Below are positions 53,899 to 64,000 of a stretch of DNA of 64,000 bases, in pieces. The position numbers and the translations under genes were made by a program. The DNA is taken from positions 736,001-800,000 of the forward strand of contig OZ240241.1 of NCBI GenBank assembly GCA_965198115.1. Reading direction: 5' to 3'. The stretch's first letter is position 1; every line of letters begins with the position of its first letter. This DNA comes from Candidatus Latescibacterota bacterium (GTDB taxonomy: Bacteria > Latescibacterota > UBA2968). The notes beneath the pieces were generated by a model that did not search any database, had not been told where the DNA came from, and saw nothing but the letters and a program-made list of their open reading frames with translations.

Positions 53899-55026
53899 AT
53901 GGACGAACTCAGATTCGGTGTGATCGGCATCAAAGGTCGGGGAGACGGTCTCGCTAAAGAGGCAGCATCGATCGACGGTGTCGAGGTCGTGGCTGTGGCG
54001 GATCTGGATAGGGACGCCGCGCGACAAATCGGAAGTTCGATCGGTGCCGCCGTATACGACGACTACGAGGAGATGTTAAAGCAGGTCGACCTCGATGCGG
54101 CCGTGATCGCGACGCCCCACCGGTTTCACGCGCCGATGGGGCAGGCTTGTCTGGAAGCCGGGCTGCACACGTTTCTGGGAAAGCCGATCGCGAACACGGT
54201 GTCAGAGGCGGATCGACTGGTCGAGGCAGCCGCTACTCGAGGTTTGACATTCGGGATCGGTCACAACTACCGGACATTCCCGGGCAACATCGTGATGAAG
54301 GCGCTCGTCGAGGAAGCCGCGCCGATCCATCGGGTTCTTTGGCAGTGGTTGGACACGCGGCCAGAGACATACTATGACCGGGATATCTGGCGCTGCACGT
54401 GGGCCGATGCCGGGGGTGGCGTGCTCATGAACCAGACCAGCCACGATCTGGACCTGCTGTGTTGGATGTTGGGGGAGCCTGAGGAGGTGTCGGCGATGAT
54501 CGGTAATTGGGGCCACCGATCGGAAATCGAGGACACGGCCGTGGCCAACATCCGATTCAGGTCGGGTGCGATCGCGAACGTTCAATTGGGAATGTGCGAC
54601 CGGGCCCTGAACTACAGGCAGGTGGCAGGTGATCGCGGTGTGGTCGAGTTTCGAGACGAAAGGAATCCCAACAGTGTCGTGCCGGATTCGCTCAGGATCG
54701 GTCGCTACGCGCACGCCATGCGGGCGTTCATTGCCAAGAATGACGGCGTCACATCGAGACCCGACGTCACGTGGGAGGAGATAGACGTCGTGGGTGAGCG
54801 TCGTTTTCCACAGATTGTACCGGACTTCGTGTCGGCGATCAGAGCAGAACGTGACCCCGTGACGAGCGGTGCATCCGCTCGTGTGACGTTGGAACTGATC
54901 AATGCCATCATTCTTTCTTCGTTCACACGGGCGTCGGTACGAATGCCCGTCGATCGGGTCGCCTACGACGCCCTGTTCTCGGAGTTGAGCGATGGACGTA
55001 AACGGGTTGACCGGTGGGGCTCGTGA
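53899..55026 (+). CDS. Gfo/Idh/MocA oxidoreductase
   Basis: FGVIG, IATPHRFH, GKP in place of EKP, GGGVLMNQTSHDLD. Confidence 0.9.
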   Translation: MDELRFGVIGIKGRGDGLAKEAASIDGVEVVAVADLDRDAARQIGSSIGAAVYDDYEEMLKQVDLDAAVIATPHRFHAPMGQACLEAGLHTFLGKPIANTVSEADRLVEAAATRGLTFGIGHNYRTFPGNIVMKALVEEAAPIHRVLWQWLDTRPETYYDRDIWRCTWADAGGGVLMNQTSHDLDLLCWMLGEPEEVSAMIGNWGHRSEIEDTAVANIRFRSGAIANVQLGMCDRALNYRQVAGDRGVVEFRDERNPNSVVPDSLRIGRYAHAMRAFIAKNDGVTSRPDVTWEEIDVVGERRFPQIVPDFVSAIRAERDPVTSGASARVTLELINAIILSSFTRASVRMPVDRVAYDALFSELSDGRKRVDRWGS

Positions 55027-55097
55027 GCGACCTGACAACAGGAATCGTGAAATGTAGGTCGAGAGCAGGGTGATTTACAATCGAACAGGAGAGGACT

Positions 55098-56141
55098 GTG
55101 GCTGACTATCTGGTTTACGCCGGTACCTACACAAGGAAGAATAGCGTTGGGATCTATGTCTTCAGGTTCAACGAAGAGGATGGGAGCCTCGAGTCGGTGG
55201 CCGATCCGGTTCCGTGCAGCAACCCATCCTTTCTGGCGGTTCATCCTGGCGGGAAATCTATCTACGCGGCGAACGAGGATGACGCGGGCGGCGTGACCGC
55301 GTATGGAATCGCAGAAGGCGGGGTCCTCGCCAAGTTGAACGAACAGCCTTCTCACGGGGCGGATCCGTGTCATCTGATGTGCGATGCCACGGGACGGTTC
55401 CTGATCGTGGCCAACTACACGTCTGGAACGGTTTCGGTCTACCCCACCCAAAACGACGGGCGGCTCGGGGAAGCGAGTGAGAGGATTCAACACGAAGGCT
55501 CGAGTATTCTGCCGCGACAGACCGGACCTCATGCCCATTCGGTCAACATCGATGCTCAGAACCGGTTCGCGTATCTGGCCGACCTGGGAATGGACCAGGT
55601 CGTGATCTATGAGATGGATCTTGAGCAGGGGAGGTTGCGACCAGCCGGCCGTCTCGATACAGCCTCGGGCGCCGGGCCACGTCACTTTCACTTTCACCCG
55701 AACGGTAGGAACGCATACCTGATCAATGAGATTGGGTGTACGTTGAGCGCTCTCGCGTATGACGCGAGTTCGGGAGCGCTGGAAGAGATCAACACGCTGT
55801 CGACACTGCCGGGAGAAGTGGAGGAAGGGTTTTCGACAGCCGACGTGCACGTCCATCCGAACGGACGGTTCGTCTATGGGTCGAACCGCGGTCACAACAC
55901 CATTGCGTGTTATAGCATCGATCAGACGACAGGCGCGATCGAATTCGTCGAACGGACGGATGTCGAGCCCGTGCCTCGCAACTTCGCCATCGATCCGACG
56001 GGGAACTTTCTGCTTTCGGCCGGTTCCAACTCGGGCAAGACGACGAGCTTCAGAATCGATGGGGACACCGGCAGCCTCACGCCAACGGGCGCGGTCGCCG
56101 ACATTCCCGAGTGTGTCTGTTTGATCTTCGTTGAGGTGTAA
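55098..56141 (+). CDS. Lactonase family protein (6-phosphogluconolactonase, 7-bladed propeller)
   Basis: YAGTYT, NPSFL, ANYTSG, RQTGPHAH, GAGPRH, SNRGH, PRNF. Confidence 0.93.
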   Translation: MADYLVYAGTYTRKNSVGIYVFRFNEEDGSLESVADPVPCSNPSFLAVHPGGKSIYAANEDDAGGVTAYGIAEGGVLAKLNEQPSHGADPCHLMCDATGRFLIVANYTSGTVSVYPTQNDGRLGEASERIQHEGSSILPRQTGPHAHSVNIDAQNRFAYLADLGMDQVVIYEMDLEQGRLRPAGRLDTASGAGPRHFHFHPNGRNAYLINEIGCTLSALAYDASSGALEEINTLSTLPGEVEEGFSTADVHVHPNGRFVYGSNRGHNTIACYSIDQTTGAIEFVERTDVEPVPRNFAIDPTGNFLLSAGSNSGKTTSFRIDGDTGSLTPTGAVADIPECVCLIFVEV

Positions 56142-56207
56142 TTTCAGGAGCTTCGGCGGGCGCGAAAGCGTCTCGAATCTTGACTTGGCCTGGGGTGTCA
56201 CGCGTGA

Positions 56208-57350
56208 CTATTTCGTAATCACCAGGATTCTGTCGTCCTCCGCACCCGGGTTTCCCCGCCCATCCCGATTACTCGTCGCCAGATAGACCTCGCCCCGAGG
56301 TCCGACGAGCACATCGCGCAGCCTTCCAAACTGCCCAGCGAACAGCTGCTCCTGTGCAATGACCGATCGGCCGTCCTGGCTGAGCTGCAGCCGGTAGAGG
56401 GTCGACCCTTTGAGGGTCGTGAACAGCAGGCTGTTCGACCACTCTGATATCAGGCTACCCGAGTAGAAATCCATGCCCGACGGTGCGATCGTCGGTGTCC
56501 AGGCCGCCATCGGCTCGACCACGTCGTTGGCGGTGCAGAACTCCATTTCGGGACCGATGTCGTCGTCGCAGAACCCGTGTACGCTGGGCCATCCGTAGTT
56601 ACCGCCGGCGACGACGCGATTGACTTCGTCGTTCGTCGACGGTCCGTGCTCGGTGACGTAGAGGTCTCCGGTTGTCGGGTTGAAGACGATGCCTTGGGGG
56701 TTTCGGTGTCCGAAGGAGTAAATCGCGTTGCCGAACGGATTGTCGACGGCGGGTGTACCGTTCAGGGTCAGCCTCAAGACCTTTCCCGCAAGATTGTTCG
56801 TGTCCTGCGGCAGACTCGTGTTTTGGGCGTCACCCGTCGTCAGGTAGAGATGTTCTTCGGGGCCGATGGCCAGACGTGCGCCGTCGTGGTTGCTGGCCCC
56901 GGGAATCAGGTCGATCAGGATCTCCTCCCCGCCCAGACCCAATCCGTCCCACGATCTCCGAACCAGACGGTTTCGGATGTTTCCCGAAACGCCGTAGGAA
57001 TAGGCGAGGTAGACCCACGGGGATGCCGGGAAGTCTGGATGCAGGGCAAGCCCGAGCAGCCCACTTTCGCTCTGTTCTAAGGCGCCGACTGTCGCGACCT
57101 CGGTGACCGATCCACTGGCCGTGTCGATCCGTGAGACGACACCTCGCCGCTCCGTGACCCACAGGACGCCGTCGGGCCCCATGACGATATCCCACGGGGT
57201 ATCCAGACGAGTGGCCACGGTGCGGACAGACAGATCGCCGGGTATGTCCCCTCCCGGATTTCCGGCCGGTTCAGGAGCGAAAGGTCCTTCTTCGATGGCG
57301 CCGCAGGCTACGATGAGGCAACTCAGAAGCGATGAATACCGACGATGCAT
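56208..57350 (-). CDS. PQQ-dependent sugar dehydrogenase (lipoprotein)
   Basis: LIVAC lipobox, NHDGARL, GHRNPQG, EHGP, NYGWP, GRLRDV. Confidence 0.92.
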   Translation of the reverse strand: MHRRYSSLLSCLIVACGAIEEGPFAPEPAGNPGGDIPGDLSVRTVATRLDTPWDIVMGPDGVLWVTERRGVVSRIDTASGSVTEVATVGALEQSESGLLGLALHPDFPASPWVYLAYSYGVSGNIRNRLVRRSWDGLGLGGEEILIDLIPGASNHDGARLAIGPEEHLYLTTGDAQNTSLPQDTNNLAGKVLRLTLNGTPAVDNPFGNAIYSFGHRNPQGIVFNPTTGDLYVTEHGPSTNDEVNRVVAGGNYGWPSVHGFCDDDIGPEMEFCTANDVVEPMAAWTPTIAPSGMDFYSGSLISEWSNSLLFTTLKGSTLYRLQLSQDGRSVIAQEQLFAGQFGRLRDVLVGPRGEVYLATSNRDGRGNPGAEDDRILVITK

Positions 57351-57424
57351 CAGGATGTGTCTCCGGATTCGCTCAGGGAAAGGGAACGAACCTTAAACCC
57401 GAGGAGGACGCCTGGGTTCCGGGA

Positions 57425-59010
57425 TCACCGAGCGGGGAGGAGGGCGGGTTCCTGGCGGATCACGACGAAGGTGAGTTCGGTGCCCGGGTCGAGTCGCACG
57501 CTCAATCCGCGGCTTAGGTGTCGGCCTTGCCAAATGGCAGAAGATTCTGATTGGGGAAACCGCAGCTCGTAATCCGTGTCCGGGTCGATGACATACGGAC
57601 GGGGATACACCCCGTCGGAGTGGGGATGCAGGGAGGTGAACAGGAGCCGACCCTGCCACGGGCTTTGCGCCCGGGCCGCGAAATAGAGCGAGTCGCCAAC
57701 GGCCGTCGCTCCCCACGCCAGATCAGATCGCCAGGGGATCAACCTCGCTCCATAGATGGCATCGTGTGCCGTCGCCGCCAGCCATCGGAGACGTCTTGCG
57801 TCACCCATGTCATCGACCCGTGGTGTCGATGGTACTTGAATAGCTTTGCCGATGGCGTGACGGACTTTTGAGGACAACGAATCGGACCCCAACCGATTCG
57901 CGAGAACGGCCGACTCGACGAGCGCATCCGTCGTCAAGCTGGAGGCGATCCTGCTGGCCTGCTCGGCATAGGTCGTGTTGCCACTCAGTTGGCCGAAGCG
58001 TGGGCCGCGGAAAGAAGACGCGCCTCGTGCTTGGACGCGCGCCGCCGGTCGATCCTGTAGCCGCCTCTGGCATCCGGATCGATCCTGCGTGAAATTCTGC
58101 CACCGGGGGTTCGACCGTGGCGGAAGATGGTGTCGAACATGCCCGAAATCATCGGGCGATACACATCCGCTCGTGCCGAGCTATCCTCGACCTCTGCGCC
58201 GTAGAGGGAAACGAGCCCTTCGATGATCGCGACGCCGCCGTCATCGAGTGTCAGTTCTCCGTCTCGTGCCCGGTCTGCAGCGAAATCCCACCGATCTGCC
58301 GGGAGTCCCCCATTCTTGGGCATCACGCCGACGCAGTAAGCGTCGCCTATGCGTCTGGCGTAGTAGAGATATCCTTCGTCGCGGGTCGCTGAGCTCAGGA
58401 GTGGGAGTAATTTGAGATACCTCCCGTTCACACCTGATCTGTCCGAAGGGATGGGGCCTTCGGCGAAGTCTGTCGTGACAGCAGCGCGAAGGAAAGCGGC
58501 ATCGACAATGGCGCGCATTCTGTCTGTCCAGGGGCCGGGTCCCGTCAGCACGACGGCTCTGGAGAGACCCACGGCGTAGTGGGAGGCGTTGGCGACGATG
58601 CGATCGGCGTCGGTCGTCGCGTGGACGAATCGTCTGCGTTCGAGATCGTAGTCGTCGGGCAGAGCGGCCAGACGTGAGGTCAGGTTGATCTCGTCACGGA
58701 GGGTCTCACGGAGGAGACCGGCGTAGAGAGGGTGGTCGGTCAGCCACGCGGCGATGACGAGCGAGGGAAAGAGTTGCGCTGCCGTCGTTGCGATCGACCA
58801 GCGGTCGCCCTCGGGCCCGGCACGAAGAAGACTCGATTCCGTATCCTTGCGCCCGGCCCAGGCGACGAGCAGATCGTGGATTTGAGGAAGGGTATTCACA
58901 GACAGTGCCGCGTTTTCTCTGGCGACCTGGAATGCAGCCGGGTCAAGAGCGGCCGAGGGTCCGTAGCAAAGGGTGGTGAAGGCAACGGCCGTAAAGAGCG
59001 TTAGGGTCAC
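57425..59010 (-). CDS. Secreted hypothetical protein, frameshifted near 58000
   Basis: Signal-like N-terminus; two consecutive same-strand ORFs; GTGA overlap with the upstream gene. Confidence 0.55.
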
Positions 59011-60194
59011 GCGTGCACGTGCTCCGCTTCGTTGACGACTGGGCCGGTCACGTCGTTCGAGTCGAGTCGGAGGGGTGTGGCGTCCTTGCCGATGAAAACG
59101 GCTGTGCTCTGGACGCCGAGTCCCGTGTCGGCGATTTTGTTTCGCTCGAATGTCAGATCGTGCGTGTGGCCAAGAACCCGAACGCCACAGCCTTCCTGAG
59201 CACTTCCGTTGTCCGAAATCTCGTTGTCGATGAACCGGTTGCGATGGCCGGCCATGGGTTCGGATTCGTTACGAAACAAGATCCCCTCACGACCGTTTCC
59301 ACGAACACGGTTCCTCGTGAATACGTTGTCCGTGTCTTTATGACCGATGGAGATACCCGTTTCTCCGTTGTCCAGCAATTCGTTGTCCTCGAACACGCCG
59401 TGCTTGACGCGCCAGCAAAGGAACAGACCGATCCGACCGTTGCCTTCGGACCGGCACCGTCGAATGGTGGGCGATCCGCTCCCGCTCCCGGGATGAAGAC
59501 CCAGGTGCGTGTTGCCCTCGCAGACACAATCCTCGACGGTCACGTCCTGGCTCTGCTGGAAACTGATCCCGTCCCCCGCGTAGTCGAACAACCTTGCAGT
59601 CTTCGATCGTCGTTCCGTGGGCTCGGTAGAGGAAGATTCCTGCGCCGCGGCATCCTGTCAGATAGCCGTTGCTCTCCTTGTGTCCTTGGATCTCAAGCCC
59701 CGAGATGGACACGTTTTCGACGTAATACCCGCTGATGACGGGAAAGGTCGTAGCGGCCGATGCGTTTCGGGAGACGAGGTAGTCCCCGTTCATCGGCTTG
59801 CTGACTCCGAACCTATCGCCATCTCGCCAGAGGAGCGTGGCCACGACGTGGTGGAATCCTCCGGAAGCGTTGTCGCCACGCTCACGCCGTCGCCCACACG
59901 GAAGCCGTCGGCGTTGGCGAGTGTGATCTGTTCTTCGCCATAGTCGCCGTCGAGGACGAGGTTACTCGAAGCCGCATCGGATTTGGAAAGGATGGCGCCG
60001 TCGCCTTCGATCACTACGTTCGAGCGAAGGTGTAGGGAATCGCGCATGGCATAGTCCCCGCGCCCGACGCGAACACTGCCGCCTCCGAGAGAGGCGACGT
60101 AGTCGACGGCTGCCTGCAGGGCACGGTGGTCGCTTCCCACGATGTCAGCGTCCGCCTGACCGACCGTTACCGAGATTGATTGCTTCTCATCCAT
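59007..60194 (-). CDS. Right-handed beta-helix (pectate lyase-like) protein with two frameshifts (~59875, ~59590)
   Basis: ALQAAVD...GGSVRV, GDGISFQ, GLHPGSGS, GISIGHKD. Confidence 0.82.
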
Positions 60195-60256
60195 CGTTTT
60201 GCCTCGGTTTCATTAGGCATAGAGGATGGAACATTGAAGAGTAAGACCGACCAATA

Positions 60257-61644
60257 GGTCAAGTCCCATAGTCAGTTGAAACTCATCGGGCTCCGTGGTA
60301 TTCATGCTCTCTGCCGAGCATCTTGATTGTCGCCGAGATTCAGGTTGTTTTTCAGTGCTTGCCTGAGCAGCGGGAGGTGTTTGTATCCGCTCACGCGTCG
60401 CAGGCGTGGTTCGATGTCGAGGAGTGCGGCCGCGACCCATCTGTGTCGCTGAGGAGAGTTGTTCCAGCGGTTGACCTTCCGTATCAGGTTGCCGGTCATG
60501 CTGTTGAGCGCCTCGATGCAATTGGTGGTTCGGAAGCTTCGCTTCAAGAACGGGAGCATCCCCAGCCGGTGGAGGGTCAGGGTTTCCTCCAGTCCTTCCT
60601 CGAGGCTTGCCACGGCAGACTGATTCATCAGCTTGAGTTCGGGTTTGAGTGATTCGAGTGCGGCCTTTGCCTCCTCGTAGGTGTCGCAGTCATAGGCTTT
60701 CTGAAGTTTCCGTCGAACTCTTGGACGTTCTGCCTCCGGGAGGTAGCTGACGACGTTCTCGCGCTTGTGCCACTGACAGCGATGCACGCACACATCCCCT
60801 TTGAGGGCTTTGGTGACGGCACTGCGGAGTCCCTTTGAGCCGTCCAGCACAACGAGAAGGCCCTGGTCGTAGCACAGGCCTCTCCGGATGAGATCCTGGA
60901 TCAGCTGACGGCAGATCCGTTCGTTCTCCGTCGCCGATTCGACGAAGCCCAGGGGGATCTTCTGGCCGTCCGTCGTGACGCCCGGAGCGATCACGATCTC
61001 TTCGTCGGCAAAGCTCTTTCCGTCGATGAACAGGGCGACCAAGTCGTAGTCGTCGAGCGGTCGTTCCTGGAACTGCTTCAGCTTCTTTGCGGTGGCTTTG
61101 ATGAACCGTCGCGAGACGGAGGATGCCGAGATTCCGAACGCTTCGGGTACCGACTCTGCACAGGCTCTGTAGTTGCGACAGGAGATTCCCTTGAGCACAC
61201 GAAGCAGCAGCTTCTCATCCATCGCTCTGGGCCTCTGCATCCCCCGGTATGCGGCCAGAGAAACCTCCGTATCGGACTCGACGTCGCGCACACGGGGAAC
61301 GGCCACCGGCAGCTTCTGGTCCATCAGATACACGGACCCTTTCTGGCTTCCCCATCGACGATGCGACTGCTCTGAACCCTTACGCGCATACCGAACGCCT
61401 GCGAGCTGCTCCACCTCCTGCTGGAGCACGTCGGCAACGGCCTCCAGACCCAGCGGAATCAGCGCCCGGATCACCGATAAACGCGTCTCCAAATCCATAA
61501 CGTCTGACCCAACCTTGACTTCGCCATCCCCTGCAAATAGCTTCTCCATCGTGGGCTCCTTTCTTACGGGTACACGCTCTCACACGCGTACCCACAACGT
61601 AAGTTTGGAGCCCTTTAAGTTTCAACTAGGATAGGGACCTCACC
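60257..61644 (-). mobile_element. IS256-family element, copy A3 (intact transposase 60302-61549)
   Basis: 1388 bp, same length as A2; flanks CGACCAAT(A) / CGACCAAT. Confidence 0.97.
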
Positions 61645-61661
61645 CGACCAATGGTTTATTC

Positions 61662-62720
61662 TCAATGTTCTATCTTCAATCGTATCTCTCTCCCCGTTTC
61701 CGCACTTTTGAGCAGTCCTTCCATCATCTGTTGTACAATAAGGCCGTGGCGAAGTGGAGCGCTGGTCTGCTTGCCATTCAGCACACAGTCGATGAAGTGC
61801 CCGGCGATCGCGTTCCAGCTCGCCTCGCCCCCTCGAGGCAGGTCGACATTCACATCCTGCGGTGTCGTCCCATCGTTGCGATACAGCGTCAGCGGCGACA
61901 GTTGACCGCCGGCCTCCGTACCAAACAGCTCGATCTGGAATTCCCCGGGTTGGTGGGAGGCCCAGAAGCTTTCGATTTGGAGTCCAACCCCGTTCTCGAA
62001 GCGGATGAAGCCGCCCGCGAAGTCGTCCGCTGCGAATTTTCGGGCGAGGGAGCGGGGGACCGTGCCGGCACCGCTGTAGCCCAGCCCTCGCGGACCGAAT
62101 TTCGCGCCCGAGACACCCGTCACGGTGGCCGGTACAGGAAAGCCCAGAATCGTCCATACAGCGTCGAGCGCGTGAACCCCCATGTCGCGAAAGGCCCCGC
62201 CGCCCTCGCTGATGAATCCCAGATTCCACGCGGGGATTCCGCTTCGTCGCACGCTCCTGGCGCGCGCGTAGTAAAGTTCACCGAAATAGCGCTCTCGGGA
62301 CAACTTGCTCAGGTAACTGCACGCGGGGCCGAAGCGCGTGGATAACGACATCATGTTCACAACCCCGGCCGCTTCCGCCGCTTTCACGAGCCGTTTCGCG
62401 GCGGCATCCGAGTCGGCGAGCGGTTTTGTCACGAGGACGTGCTTGTCACGCCTGACAGCCTCGAGCGCGATCGGAACGTGCCACTGATTTGGGGTGCCGA
62501 CGAACACGGCGTCGATTTCCGGGTCGCGACACATCGCTTTGTAGTCCGTGTAGAACTTCGGTGCGCCGGGAAGTTCGGCCGCGAATTCTTCCATGCGCGA
62601 CGCGTCCAGATCGCACAACGCGACGACCTCGCCGTTAGGATGTCCGGACAGGGCCCGCCCGTTGGGCTTTCCGATTCCCATGCCTACGATGGCAACACAC
62701 ACTTTCTTGCGTGAGGGCAT
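61662..62720 (-). CDS. Gfo/Idh/MocA oxidoreductase
   Basis: VAIVGMGIG, GTPNQWH, VTKP, GGGAFRDMGVH. Confidence 0.92.
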   Translation of the reverse strand: MPSRKKVCVAIVGMGIGKPNGRALSGHPNGEVVALCDLDASRMEEFAAELPGAPKFYTDYKAMCRDPEIDAVFVGTPNQWHVPIALEAVRRDKHVLVTKPLADSDAAAKRLVKAAEAAGVVNMMSLSTRFGPACSYLSKLSRERYFGELYYARARSVRRSGIPAWNLGFISEGGGAFRDMGVHALDAVWTILGFPVPATVTGVSGAKFGPRGLGYSGAGTVPRSLARKFAADDFAGGFIRFENGVGLQIESFWASHQPGEFQIELFGTEAGGQLSPLTLYRNDGTTPQDVNVDLPRGGEASWNAIAGHFIDCVLNGKQTSAPLRHGLIVQQMMEGLLKSAETGREIRLKIEH

Positions 62721-62815
62721 GAACGATTCCACTGAGATTGAACGCCAAACCGCTTTGATCGGACGACCGGAAGGTCTATCATTCACGACGCGTGGGGGAT
62801 AGGTACGGATATTCC

Positions 62816-62843
62816 ATTGAAAAGTGAATATTGAAAATTGAAC
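62816..62843. repeat. Four 7-mers (ATTGAAA AGTGAAT ATTGAAA ATTGAAC)
   Basis: 7-bp period in a divergent intergenic region. Confidence 0.7.
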
Positions 62844-62905
62844 GTTCGATTCATCGGGCCTCCGGCCTGAATGTTTCGGTCTCGTGCCACCGATAGGGAG
62901 AAACG

Positions 62906-64000
62906 ATGCTGACGCGACAAGGATCCGAGGATAGACAAGCCCGCCTGAGGGAGCGGCTGACGGCGGACGGGATCGACGCTGTGATGATCACCGATCAGCG
63001 GGAGATCTATTACCTGACCGGCGAGCTTCTGAGCAACTACCCGTCCTTTCCATTTCTGTGCTTCCTCTATTTCAAGACCGATGGCGGAAGCTGGCTGGCC
63101 TCTCACGTGGACGACGGGCCGGCGCTCGTGGACGACCGCGTGACCTACAGCTGGATGGAGAACTATACGATGCACCCGGACCCTACCGTTCACCTGAACG
63201 AGGTCGTGCGCACGCGTCTGGCGGATGAGTCATCCGTCAAGACGGTTGGGTATCAGGAAGAAGCGACTCCGAAGCTGCTGGCGGACACGGTCGCCAACGC
63301 TGTCGATCCAGCAGCCTGGGTCTCTGTGGACGGGATGATCCGTGACTTGCAGAAGCGAAAGGACTCCGACGAGGTTGCCCTAATGCGGGAAGCCGCCCGT
63401 GCGGGCCTCGCTGCCTACACGGCAGCTCAGAAGACGATGGCGCCGGGGGTGAACGAACTCGAGGTGCTGTCAGCAGGTCAACTGGCTGCGCGTGAGGCCG
63501 TGGGCGAGAACATCTTTCACGGTGGGGACTACCAGTGCGCGGAACTCGGCGGATGGGCACGGGACCACACCATCGAGGCGGGGCAGCTCTACATCATCGA
63601 TGCGCACACGTGCTATCGCGGCTACTGGTCGGATCTCTGCCGGACGTGGGCAGTGGATGGGAACCCGACGGATCTTCAGGTGAAAGTCTTCGACCACATC
63701 AAGGCGATACTCGAAGACGTGCCCAATCTCGTACAGCCGGAGGCAAGGGGACCGAGCTGTTCGCGACGATCGATGCGCGCATTCGGGAGCTGCCGGAATT
63801 CGTCGATGAGAGACTGATCCACCACGCGGGACACGCCGTCGGCATTCGTCCGCACGAGATGCCGGACCTGAACAAGAACCGTGAGGGAATTTTCGAAGTG
63901 GGGAATGTGATCTCTTGCGAGCCCGGGGCTTACAGCGAGGCACTCAACTTCGGAATGCGACTTGAGAATACGTTCTACATCGGCGAGAATGGACTGGAGA
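62906..64000 (+). CDS. M24 Xaa-Pro peptidase family protein, frameshifted ~63740, runs off the window
   Basis: IIDAH, YWSDLCRT; second frame HHAGHAVG, PHE, SCEPG, GMRLEN. Confidence 0.88.

Noticed and set aside
1-61644. 60-kb composite transposon bounded by inverted IS256 copies A1 and A3
   Set aside because: A3 has its own target duplication on both sides, and the interior holds ordinary chromosomal genes such as purB
1466-64000. Widespread programmed frameshifting or phase variation
   Set aside because: Most breaks are +/-1 base in short homopolymers and differ between twin IS copies; this fits long-read error or drift and needs read pileups
1-64000. tRNA, rRNA, prophage or defence genes
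   Set aside because: No cloverleaf, rRNA signature or phage/defence protein was recognised; a WYL domain alone is not enough

Overview
64 kb of a GC-rich bacterial chromosome. The six PhyH-family dioxygenases, four Gfo/Idh/MocA oxidoreductases, a sulfatase, a DUF6785-like transporter and a 'GDGxVGFxDFL' dockerin-like tail suggest a Latescibacterota/Poribacteria-like lineage (inference). Most genes are catabolic, plus purB, fliL, a flagellin, an AmmeMemoRadiSam B-A fusion and a helicase-associated/WYL protein. Nine mobile elements cover about 10.8 kb: three related IS256 copies, one other IS256-family element, two IS630, two ISL3 and a 751-bp non-coding TGT...ACA element. Seven of the nine sit inside genes. 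Many single-base frameshifts may be sequencing errors, but an in-frame stop, a probable lost start codon and apparent internal deletions point to real decay. Best leads: (1) two tandem HxG-type Fe/2OG enzymes (possible halogenases) behind an unannotated 40-aa ORF; (2) the orphan 751-bp element; (3) a ~365-nt structured, GGA-rich sigma28 flagellin leader; (4) a dispersed family of 7-bp-period intergenic repeats; (5) a coupled dioxygenase / AAC(3) / PAL-like lyase trio; (6) a promoter-hairpin-terminator unit before a secreted metalloprotease. No rRNA, tRNA or CRISPR array was seen.
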